From Anaeromyxobacteraceae bacterium (GTDB lineage: Bacteria; Myxococcota; Myxococcia; Myxococcales; Anaeromyxobacteraceae): a stretch of DNA of 64,000 nucleotides. The notes beneath the pieces were generated by a model. The model made no database searches and was not told the DNA's origin. It saw nothing but the letters and a program-made list of their open reading frames with translations. This document shows positions 50,534 through 58,806 of this stretch, piece by piece (the stretch's first letter is position 1; every line of letters starts with the position of its first letter). A program made the position numbers and the translations under genes. The stretch lies in assembly GCA_032654565.1 (NCBI GenBank), contig JAULAX010000010.1, positions 192,001 through 256,000 of the forward strand, written 5' to 3'.

Positions 50534-51070
50534 ATGCGACGGCGCATCCGAGAAGCGGAGGAGACGGGCGAGCTCAACATCGTCCCGTACCTCGACGTGG
50601 TCGTGAACCTGGTCATGTTCATGCTGCTCAGCATGACCGGCCTGATCACGCTGGGCGTGCTCAACGTCTCGGCCCCGAAGATCGGGGGCGAGGGGAGCGC
50701 GGCCGCCGCGCAGGAGGCCGGGCCCAAGCTGCTGCTCACGGTGGCGGTGGGCCGGCAGGGGTTCTACGTCGCCGGGGCCGGTGGGGTGCTCGGGCCCGAC
50801 GCCAACGCCGCCGACCTGAGCCGGCCGCCCACCATCCCGCTTCGCGCCGACGGGAAGTACGACTTCGCGGCGCTCTCGGCGCAGCTCCTCACCATCAAGG
50901 AGAAGTTCCCCAGCGAGACCCAGGTGATCCTCACCGCCGACGGGACGGTGGTCTACGACATCCTCATCCAGACCATGGACGCCTGCCGCGAGCAGGTGGT
51001 GAAGGCCGCCGACGGCAAGACCGAGCGGAAGGCGCTGTTCTTCGACGTCTCGCTGTCGGTGATCGGATGA
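50534..51070 (+). CDS. ExbD/TolR family protein
   Basis: ELNIVPYLDVVVNLVMFML TM helix with the conserved Asp, and AD..V.Y..LIQTMD. Confidence 0.9.
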   Translation: MRRRIREAEETGELNIVPYLDVVVNLVMFMLLSMTGLITLGVLNVSAPKIGGEGSAAAAQEAGPKLLLTVAVGRQGFYVAGAGGVLGPDANAADLSRPPTIPLRADGKYDFAALSAQLLTIKEKFPSETQVILTADGTVVYDILIQTMDACREQVVKAADGKTERKALFFDVSLSVIG

Positions 51071-51073
51071 GCC

Positions 51074-51658
51074 ATGGCCACCCCTGAGACCAACCGCCAC
51101 GCCGAGCAGGCGGCGTTCCAGCGGGAGCGCCAGGTCCGGAACTACCGGCGCGCCCGACGCAAGGCGCGCGAGCGGGCCGGGGAGATCAAGGAGCTGAACA
51201 TCGTCGCCATGATGGACATGATGACCATCCTGCTGGTGTTCCTCCTCAAGTCGTACCAGGCCTCCACGCTCAGCGTGAACATGAGCGAGGGGCTGACCAT
51301 CCCGGTCTCGTCGACCCAGCTGGTGCCGCAGGAGAACATCTCGGTCACCGTCTCCATGAGCGAGGTGGCGGTGAACGACAAGGCGGTGGTGCCGATGCAG
51401 GGTGGGGTGATCCCGCCCAGGTACAAGGAGGGCGGCCGCCCCGAGGCCTTCTACGTCGGCGCCGTCTTCGACGCGCTCAAGAAGGAGGTCGACAAGCAGA
51501 AGTACATCGCCCAGTACAACAAGAGCGCGCCGTTCAGCGGGCGGATCAACGTCATCGCCGACAGGAAGATCACCTACCGGACGCTGATGGAGATCCTCTA
51601 CACCGCCGGACAGGCCGAGCTGGGCGAGTACAAGTTCATGGTGATGAAGAACGACTAG
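51074..51658 (+). CDS. ExbD/TolR family protein (AglS-like)
   Basis: ELNIVAMMDMMTILLVFLLK and IADRKITYRTLMEILYTA. Confidence 0.88.
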   Translation: MATPETNRHAEQAAFQRERQVRNYRRARRKARERAGEIKELNIVAMMDMMTILLVFLLKSYQASTLSVNMSEGLTIPVSSTQLVPQENISVTVSMSEVAVNDKAVVPMQGGVIPPRYKEGGRPEAFYVGAVFDALKKEVDKQKYIAQYNKSAPFSGRINVIADRKITYRTLMEILYTAGQAELGEYKFMVMKND

Positions 51659-51756
51659 GACCGGTCTCGTCACCCCCGGCCGGAGCGAGGGGTGCGAGGC
51701 CGACCCGCGATCGAACTCAGCGTTAGCCGCGGGGGCCGGGGGGTGGGCGAGGTGCC

Positions 51757-52116
51757 CTAGCCGGCCCCGGCGCGCTCCCTGGCCTCGGCGCACGCCGAGC
51801 AGCGGATGGCCCAGGGCAGGGCGTCGAGCCGCCGGGTCTCGATGTCCCGGCCGCACTCGGCGCACACCCCCCACCGCCCCTCGTCGATGCGGACCAGCGC
51901 CGCCTCGATGCGCTGGAGCTCCAGCCGCTCCGCCTCGTTGAGCCTGGCCAGGTCGGCGGAGCCCTGCTCCGCCTGCGCCGCCTCCTCGAACTCGTGGGCG
52001 CGCTCCGCGGACCGCAGTCCGTCGAGCGCGGCCTCGGCGCCACGGGTGGCCTGGAGGACCCCGGCACGACGGCGCTCCAGCTCCTTCTTCGCCCTCTGCT
52101 GTCTGCTCGTGGTCAC
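51757..52116 (-). CDS. DksA/TraR C4 zinc-finger protein
   Basis: [20 protein letters not shown]...RL.ALPWA..C..C. GGGAG RBS. Confidence 0.9.
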   Translation of the reverse strand: MTTSRQQRAKKELERRRAGVLQATRGAEAALDGLRSAERAHEFEEAAQAEQGSADLARLNEAERLELQRIEAALVRIDEGRWGVCAECGRDIETRRLDALPWAIRCSACAEARERAGAG

Positions 52117-52211
52117 GTTGCGCTCCCTTCGACTCCGAGCGTATACCCCGGGCGGCGCGAGCGTCAGGCCCCGGTGGGGCGGAGCCGCCGCGGAGCCGGG
52201 GGCGTGACGCG

Positions 52212-53528
52212 ATGACGCAGCGGGTGACCATCATCGGTGCAGGGCTGGCCGGGTGCGAGGCGGCCTACCGGCTGGCGCGCGCCGGGGTGGGCGTCGACCT
52301 CTGGGAGATGAAGCCGGACCGCCGCTCACCGGCCCACGTCCTCGACGGCCCGTGCGAGCTGGTCTGCTCCAACTCGCTCCGCTCCGACAACCCGCTCAAC
52401 GCCGTCGGCCTGCTGCACGAGGAGCTGCGACGGCTCGACAGCCTGGTGCTGGCGACCGCGGACGAGACGCGGGTGCCGGCAGGGGACGCCCTGGCGGTCG
52501 ACCGGGAGCGGTTCAGCCGGCGGGTGGCGGAGCGGCTGGCGGAGCGGCCGGAGATCAGGCTCCACGCCGGCGAGGTGGCCTCCCTGCCCGAGGGGCCGGG
52601 GCTCGGGCTGGTGGCGACCGGCCCGCTCACCGGCGACGCGCTGGCCGCCGAGCTGCAGGCGCTCTGTGGCGGCCGCCTCTACTTCTACGACGCCATCGCC
52701 CCCATCGTCTCGGCCGAGTCGATCGACATGAACATCGCCTACGCCAAGTCCCGCTACGACAAGGGGAGCGGTCCCGACTATCTCAACCTTCCGCTCGACG
52801 AGGCGCAGTACGGCGCCTTCGTCGAGGCGCTCCTGGCCGGGGAGAAGGTGGTGCCCAGGGAGTTCGAGGAGGCCCGCTACTTCGACGGGTGTCTCCCCAT
52901 CGAGGTCATGGCCGAGCGCGGCCGCGAGGTGCTGGCCCACGGCCCCTTGAAGCCGGTCGGACTCGAGGATCCACGAACCGGTCGGCGGCCGCACGCTGTG
53001 GTGCAGCTGCGGCGGGAGGACGTGTCGGGGACGGCGTGGAACCTGGTGGGGTTCCAGACCCGGCTGACCTGGCCGGAGCAGCGGCGCATCTTCCGGGCGC
53101 TCCCCGGGCTGGCCGACGCCGAGTTCCAGCGGCTCGGACAGGTCCACCGCAACACCTTCGTCGACGCGCCCGAGGTGCTGGGGCCGGATCTCTCCGTGCG
53201 CTCACGCCCGCACCTCTTCCTGGCCGGACAGATCACCGGCGTCGAAGGGTACGTGGAGTCCGCGGCCTGTGGTCACCTGGCGGCGCGGTCCATCCTCGAC
53301 CGGCTGGCCGGGCGGGCCTTCCAGTCGCCGCCGCCGGCCACGGCCCTGGGCGGGCTCCATCGTCACCTCACCGGCGAGGCGCACCCGCCCGGGACACGGC
53401 ACCAGCCCAGCAACGTGATCTTCGCGCTCTTCCCGCCGCTGCCGGAGCGGGTGCGTGGCGGGAAGGAAGGGCGCAAGATGGCGCACGTGGAGCGGGCGCG
53501 AAAGGAGCTTGGCGCGTGGATCTCCTGA
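52212..53528 (+). CDS. trmFO: tRNA (uracil-54-C5)-methyltransferase TrmFO (Gid)
   Basis: [57 protein letters not shown]. Confidence 0.96.
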   Translation: MTQRVTIIGAGLAGCEAAYRLARAGVGVDLWEMKPDRRSPAHVLDGPCELVCSNSLRSDNPLNAVGLLHEELRRLDSLVLATADETRVPAGDALAVDRERFSRRVAERLAERPEIRLHAGEVASLPEGPGLGLVATGPLTGDALAAELQALCGGRLYFYDAIAPIVSAESIDMNIAYAKSRYDKGSGPDYLNLPLDEAQYGAFVEALLAGEKVVPREFEEARYFDGCLPIEVMAERGREVLAHGPLKPVGLEDPRTGRRPHAVVQLRREDVSGTAWNLVGFQTRLTWPEQRRIFRALPGLADAEFQRLGQVHRNTFVDAPEVLGPDLSVRSRPHLFLAGQITGVEGYVESAACGHLAARSILDRLAGRAFQSPPPATALGGLHRHLTGEAHPPGTRHQPSNVIFALFPPLPERVRGGKEGRKMAHVERARKELGAWIS

Positions 53529-55132
53529 TGGGAGCGGGTGGAGCGTGGCCGAGGAGGGCGGGCGGGGTGCGGCTCGCCGCCGTGATCCTGGCGGTGGGGC
53601 TGCTTGCCTGCCAGCGCGGCGGTCCGGCCGAGCAGGGCGGGCTGGGTCGTCGGGTCCTCTCCGGACCGGTCAAGGCGCTGCTGGCCTCGGCGGATGGATC
53701 GTGGCTGGCGGTGCTCGACGGGTGCGTCGAGGTGAAGGGGCGGTTCCTGCCGCCCGGGACCTCGACCTGCGACTTGAAGATGATCCCGGCCGAAGGCGGC
53801 GAGGCGCGCCTGGTGGCGCGGGCGGTGCCGACGCTGCCGCACGGTGCCGTCTTCGCCCCGGAGGGGGACGCGCTGGCGGCGCTGGGCGACTACGACTTCG
53901 AGCGCGGGGCAGGGACCCTGATGCTGGCCCGCCGGGGGGTGGCCCGGGAGGTGGCCCGGGGCGTCACCTTCCACGGCTTCGTCCCGGGGGGCGACGGGGC
54001 GGTGGTCGCCGTGGCCGAGGGGCGCCTGGTGGTGACCGGGGCCGATGGCGCCGTGGTCGGGCGCCACGCCGCGCCCGGGTTCGGGAGCTTCGAGCTGAGC
54101 AGGCGAGGGGACGGGACGGTGGTGGGGCTGGGCCGGACGCAGGCCTCGCAGCGCGGCGCGCTCTTCGGCTTCGAGCTCGGCCGCCTCGACGCCCAGGCCA
54201 GGCCGATCGCAGAGGGGACGGCGGACTTCGCCCTGGCGAGCGAGGGGAGGGCGATGGCCTACAGCGTCACCGGGAAGCGGGGGACCGAGCTCTACGTGGC
54301 GGGTGGCGTGGCGCAGCGGCCTGTCCGCGTCGCCGAGGGCGTTCGCTCGTTCGTGTTCGCGCGGGACGGGATGGCGCTGGCCTGGATCTCCGACGCTTCG
54401 CCTGGCAAGCAGGGGGACCTGTTCGTGGCCGCGGGTGGAGGTGCGCCGGAGCGGCTGGGGCGCGAGGTCGGAGAGCATCGCTGGGCCGCGGCGGCGCCGC
54501 GACTGGCCTGGCTCGAGCAGTACGACCCGCGCGGCCGCGCCGGGGTGCTCGGCGTGGGCGGCCTGGGGACGAAGCCCCGCACCTTTGGCCGGAACGTCAC
54601 CGACTTCGAGCTGTCCCCGGATGGCTCCCGGGTGGCCTTCCTCCGCCACTCCGTGGAAGGCGGCTACTCGGTGGACCTCTGGGCTGGCGAGGTCAGCGGG
54701 GAGCCTGGCCGGATCGCGCGAGGCGTCTTCGGCTTCTCCTTCTCGCCCGATGGCCGGTGGCTCTACTACCGGACCCGCTGCGTTCGAAACGGTGAGGCCT
54801 GCGACCTGGAGCGGGTGGCGACGGGCGGCGGGGAGGGTGGCGCCCTGGTGGTCGCGTCGGCGGTGAAGAGCTTCGAGTTCGATCCGCGCGATCCGGGGCA
54901 GCTGCTGCTGAGCTGGCAGCGGGCGGACGTGCCGGCGCTCGACTTCGGGATCTGGCGCGGGGGGAAGGTGACGAGGGTGGATCGCGGCGCGTTGCCTGGG
55001 AGCGTTCGGTTCCTGGCTCCCGATTCGAGGCGGGTGGCGTTTGCGGTGACGCAGGTGGCCAGGGCTGGAGCCTATGTCGCGGCGCTCCCCCCTCCTCCCG
55101 CTCCTCCCGTCCCTTCCCCCGTCCCAGAGTAG
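53528..55132 (+). CDS. beta-propeller (TolB/WD40-like) lipoprotein, AglU-like
   Basis: Lipobox LLAC, repeated (S)PDG..(V/L)AF and FSFSPDGRWLYY units. Position after trmFO matches my recollection of Myxococcus aglU. Confidence 0.7.
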   Translation: MGAGGAWPRRAGGVRLAAVILAVGLLACQRGGPAEQGGLGRRVLSGPVKALLASADGSWLAVLDGCVEVKGRFLPPGTSTCDLKMIPAEGGEARLVARAVPTLPHGAVFAPEGDALAALGDYDFERGAGTLMLARRGVAREVARGVTFHGFVPGGDGAVVAVAEGRLVVTGADGAVVGRHAAPGFGSFELSRRGDGTVVGLGRTQASQRGALFGFELGRLDAQARPIAEGTADFALASEGRAMAYSVTGKRGTELYVAGGVAQRPVRVAEGVRSFVFARDGMALAWISDASPGKQGDLFVAAGGGAPERLGREVGEHRWAAAAPRLAWLEQYDPRGRAGVLGVGGLGTKPRTFGRNVTDFELSPDGSRVAFLRHSVEGGYSVDLWAGEVSGEPGRIARGVFGFSFSPDGRWLYYRTRCVRNGEACDLERVATGGGEGGALVVASAVKSFEFDPRDPGQLLLSWQRADVPALDFGIWRGGKVTRVDRGALPGSVRFLAPDSRRVAFAVTQVARAGAYVAALPPPPAPPVPSPVPE

Positions 55133-55159
55133 TTTGGCGGACCAAGGTCCGCGGGACGG
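55118..55159 (+). repeat. REP-like element copy C, left flank of the HUH nuclease
   Basis: CCCGTCCCAGAGTAGTT, then perfect stem GCGGACC-AA-GGTCCGC (55137-55152). GGGACGG (55153-55159) can pair with CCGTCCC. Confidence 0.75.
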
Positions 55160-55214
55160 CCGGGGTGGGGTGGGCGGCGGTGAGGCAAGTGGCCGGAATC
55201 GCGAGCGGAGGCAT

Positions 55215-55230
55215 TGGCACGGGTCCTGCG
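55215..55230 (+). promoter_or_regulatory. sigma54 (-24/-12) promoter
   Basis: TGGCACGGGTCCTGCG: GG-N10-GC, ending 15 nt before the nuclease ATG. Confidence 0.65.
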
Positions 55231-55245
55231 ATGTAGCCCCAGGCC

Positions 55246-56148
55246 ATGACCGCGCCACGCCAGGTGCTCCCGGGCACCACCTACCTCATCACCCGCCGGT
55301 GCCTGAACCGGCAGTTCTTCCTGCGCCCCTCGAAGGCCACCAACCAGCTCGTCGGCTTCCTCCTCGCCGTCGCCGCCGAGCGCTTCCACGTCGAGGTCCA
55401 CGCCTTCTGCGTGATGTCCAACCACCTCCACCTCGTGGTCACCGACCCCGACGCCTGCCTCCCCGCCTTCGGCAGGTTCCTCGACTCGCTCATCGGCCGC
55501 TCCATGAACGCCATGCTGGGGCGCCAGGAGTACTTCTGGGGGCCGCCCACCTTCAGCGCCGTCGCCCTGCAGTCCCCGGCCGACGTCCTCGACAAGGTCG
55601 CCTACACCCTCGCCAACCCGGTCAAGGCCGGCCTGGTCCGCCGCGGACGGCTCTGGCCGGGGCTCTGGTCCGCCCCGGACCAGATGGGCGCCGCGCCCCT
55701 CGAGTTCGCCAGGCCCTCCTCCTTCTTCCGGCGGGCCGGCCAGGGGTCCCTTCCCGACCGGGCCTCCCTGCGGCTCGTCATCCCCACGGGCTTCGACTCT
55801 CCGGCCCACTTCCGCCGCTCCCTCCACGCCGCCCTCGCCGACCGGGAGCAAGCCGCCTCTGCCCACCTCGCCTCGCGCGGGCGTGGCTTCCTCGGCGTCC
55901 AGCGCGTGCTCACACAGAGCCCCTTCGACAGGCCTCCTACCAGGGAGCCCCTCGGAGGGCTCAACCCGCGCGTCGCCAGCCACGACACCTGGCGTCGCGT
56001 CCAGGCCCTCCGCGCCCTCGGCTCCTTCATCCAGGACTACCGCCGCGCCTTCGACCGCTGGCGGGCCGGCTCCTCCGGCGTCCTCTTCCCCGCCGGCACC
56101 TACCTCATGCGCGTCCTCCACCGCGCCCCCTGCCTCGCCCCTGGCTGA
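55246..56148 (+). mobile_element. HUH/Y1 tyrosine transposase, REP-associated (RAYT)-like, with C-terminal extension
   Basis: TYLITRRC, FCVMSNHLHLV (HUH), FW...F, YTLANPVKAGLV (catalytic Tyr with NP motif), WPG. No tnpB next to it. Confidence 0.85.
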
Positions 56149-56352
56149 CTCACCACCCCGTCAGCTTCCCCCACTCAGCCTCGTCACCACGTCAGTCGTC
56201 TCCGGCCGCGGTCGGGGACTGCCTGGGGACGGCTTTCCAGCCTGAGTCCAGGGGGTCCTCCCGCTTCGACGCCTCGGTTCAGGCGTCAGGTGGACCCTTC
56301 TGAGCGTGTTCGGGCGACGGTTCACTACCTGGCGACCCAAGTTGACCCAGCC

Positions 56353-56476
56353 GTACCCCGCGAGCGACTGGCGAGGTCTCAACTACTCCCGGACCGGACT
56401 GACCGGACTAGGACCGGACTAGCGCCGGTACCCCGCGAATGACTGGCGGGTCCACAACTACTCCCGGACTGGACTG
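56353..56476 (-). repeat. two tandem REP-like units (75-bp period), inverted relative to copy C, separated by 3x GACCGGACT
   Basis: GTACCCCGCGA..GACTGGCG...CAACTACTCCCGGAC at 56353-56394 and 56428-56469. The reverse complement reads CCRGTCCGGGAGTAGTT plus a hairpin. Confidence 0.75.
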
Positions 56477-56555
56477 GAAGAAGACGGGAAGAGCCCAGGA
56501 GCCTGCTGGCCGCCGGGAATTCGCCCCCTCCCCACCGGGATGCTACCCATCCACC

Positions 56556-57497
56556 ATGGTCGCCGTCGTCCCCGCCGCCGCCGCCCCGCCGCTCCCTCCC
56601 GAGGTCCTGCGCTTCGAGGCGCACCTCCGGGTGGAGCGGCGCGCCTCGGCCCACACGCTCAAGGCCTACCTGGCCGACCTCGCCCAGTACGCCGCCTACC
56701 TCGCCGCCCACCAGGCGCCGCTCGTCCCCTCGTCGCCGACGCTGGTCCGGGGCTTCGTCGCCAGCGCCGCCGCAGGCGCCGGGCCGGTCTCCCTGGCGCG
56801 CAAGCTCTCCGCCGTCCGCTCCTTCTACCGCTACCTCGTCAAGGAGGGGCTGGCCCCCTCCAACCCGGCCCGGGCCGTGGCCTCTCCCCGCCAACCCAAG
56901 CGCCTCCCCGAGGTCCTCCCCGAGGAGGAGACCGCCGCCCTGGTCCAGGCCCCCACCGACGACGGCTCGCCGCTCCACCTCCGCGACCGCGCCTTCATGG
57001 AGCTGCTCTACGCCTCCGGCCTGCGCGTCTCCGAGCTGACCGGCCTCGACGTCAGCGGCGTCGACCTGGCGCAGGGGCTGGTGCGCGTGCTCGGCAAGCG
57101 GCGCAAGGAGCGGGTGGTCCCGGTGGGCCGACCGGCGCTCGAGGCCATCGCCCGCTACCTCGACCGGGCCCGTCCGCTCCTGGCCTCCCGGCCGCAAGCA
57201 CGCACCGCCGGTGACGCGCTCTTCCTCAACTTCCGCGGTGGCCGGCTCACCGGCCGCTCGGTGGCCCGGCTCATCGACGGTTGGGTCAAGCAGGTCGGCC
57301 TGCCGCGCCACGTCCACCCCCACGTGCTGCGCCACTGCTTCGCCACCCACCTCCTCTCCAACGGCGCCGACCTGCGCGGCATCCAGGAACTGCTCGGCCA
57401 CGCCTCGCTCTCCACCACCCAGCGCTACACCCACCTCGACTGGAAGCGGCTGGCCACCGTCTACGACCAGGCCCACCCGCGGGCCCACAAGCCTTGA
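56556..57497 (+). CDS. xerC: tyrosine recombinase XerC
   Basis: ELLYASGLRVSEL, VLGKRRKER.VP, HPHVLRH.FATHLL..GADLR.IQELLGHASLSTTQRYTH. Lies downstream of trmFO. Confidence 0.92.
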   Translation: MVAVVPAAAAPPLPPEVLRFEAHLRVERRASAHTLKAYLADLAQYAAYLAAHQAPLVPSSPTLVRGFVASAAAGAGPVSLARKLSAVRSFYRYLVKEGLAPSNPARAVASPRQPKRLPEVLPEEETAALVQAPTDDGSPLHLRDRAFMELLYASGLRVSELTGLDVSGVDLAQGLVRVLGKRRKERVVPVGRPALEAIARYLDRARPLLASRPQARTAGDALFLNFRGGRLTGRSVARLIDGWVKQVGLPRHVHPHVLRHCFATHLLSNGADLRGIQELLGHASLSTTQRYTHLDWKRLATVYDQAHPRAHKP

Positions 57498-57603
57498 CCG
57501 CCGCCCCCGCCGCCGGGTCCTCTACCACCGCCCGCCGCCCCGCCCCGCCGGGCCGGCCGGCCCGCCGCTGGATCACCCGCCCGGCACTTGATACAAGCTC
57601 GCA

Positions 57604-58803
57604 ATGACGCTCACCGAATCGCTGGTCCAGCGCGCCCAGGCCGTCTTCACCCCCAACTACCGGCAGGCGCCGGTGGTGCTGGTGCGAGGCCGGGGCAGCC
57701 GGGTCTGGGACGCCGAGGGGCGGGAGTACCTCGACGCCATCGCCGGGATCGCCACCTGCGCGCTCGGCCACTGCCACCCGGCCCTGGTCGAGGCCCTCTC
57801 CCGGCAGGCCGGCGAGCTCTGGCACGTCTCCAACCTCTTCTACAACCCGCGGGCCGTCGAGCTCTGCGAGGCGCTGGTGAGGAGCTCCGGCTTCGCCACC
57901 CGGGTCTTCCTGTGCAACAGCGGCGCCGAGTCGAACGAGGCCATGCTCAAGCTGGCCCGCAAGTACCAGGCCGACCTCGGCCACCCCGAGCGGAGCGAGA
58001 TCGTCGCCTGCCACAACTCCTTCCACGGGCGGACCATGTTCGCCCTGGCCGCCACCGGCCAACCCAAGTACCACCACGGCTTCGAGCCCCTGGTCCCCGG
58101 CGTCCGCCACATCCCCTTCGGCGACGTGGCGGCGCTGGAGGCGGCGCTCACCGACCGGACGGCGGCCTTCATCGTCGAGCCCATCCAGGGCGAGGCCGGC
58201 GTCTTCGCGGCGCCGGCCGGCTACCTGCAGCGAGCCCGCGAGCTGACCCGGCAGCGGGGCGCCCTGCTGCTCTTCGACGAGGTGCAGGTCGGCATGGGGC
58301 GCACCGGCAAGCTCTGGGGCCACCAGTGGGACGGGGTGACCCCCGACCTGATGTCGGCCGCCAAGGCGCTCGCCAACGGCTACCCCATGGGCGCGCTGCT
58401 GGCCACCGAGGAGGTGGGGCTCCACCTCACGCCCGGCAGCCACGCCTCCACCTTCGGCGGCAACGCCCTGGGCGCCGCGGTGGCGCTCCGCTCGCTGCAG
58501 CTCATCGAGGAGGCCCTCCCCAACGCCCTCCGGGTCGGCGCCCGGCTCACCGAGCGGCTGACCACGCTCCGCTCCGGGGGCAGGGTGGTCGAGGTGCGCG
58601 GCCGGGGGCTGCTGCTGGGGGTGGTGGTGAAGGGGATCGACGCCGCGGCGGTGGTGGGGCTGGCCCGCGATCGTGGCCTGCTCTGCAACGCCATCGGCGA
58701 CACCGTGGTGCGCCTGGCCCCGGCGCTGACCTTGAGCGACGACGAGGCCGACGAGGCCGTCGAGAAGCTGGGCGCGGCCATCGCCGCGGCGCCGGCGAGG
58801 TAG
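57604..58803 (+). CDS. argD: acetylornithine aminotransferase
   Basis: NSGAESNE, FHGRT, EPIQGE, FDEVQ.GMGRTG, AKAL (PLP Lys), STFGGN. Adjacent to argF. Confidence 0.9.
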   Translation: MTLTESLVQRAQAVFTPNYRQAPVVLVRGRGSRVWDAEGREYLDAIAGIATCALGHCHPALVEALSRQAGELWHVSNLFYNPRAVELCEALVRSSGFATRVFLCNSGAESNEAMLKLARKYQADLGHPERSEIVACHNSFHGRTMFALAATGQPKYHHGFEPLVPGVRHIPFGDVAALEAALTDRTAAFIVEPIQGEAGVFAAPAGYLQRARELTRQRGALLLFDEVQVGMGRTGKLWGHQWDGVTPDLMSAAKALANGYPMGALLATEEVGLHLTPGSHASTFGGNALGAAVALRSLQLIEEALPNALRVGARLTERLTTLRSGGRVVEVRGRGLLLGVVVKGIDAAAVVGLARDRGLLCNAIGDTVVRLAPALTLSDDEADEAVEKLGAAIAAAPAR

Positions 58804-58806
58804 ACC

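Noticed and set aside
56353..56476. Possible CRISPR or guide-RNA array
   Set aside because: Only two long units, no series of unique spacers, and no cas-like gene in the window. A REP/BIME-like mosaic explains it better.
55246..56520. IS200/IS605 element with TnpB or IscB
   Set aside because: No RuvC/Zn-finger ORF follows the Y1 gene, and the flanks are inverted multi-copy elements rather than distinct left and right ends.
55246..57497. Integron, prophage or ICE built on the tyrosine recombinase
   Set aside because: The recombinase has a plain XerC signature in the housekeeping trmFO-xerC position, with no IntI insertion, attC cassettes or phage genes.
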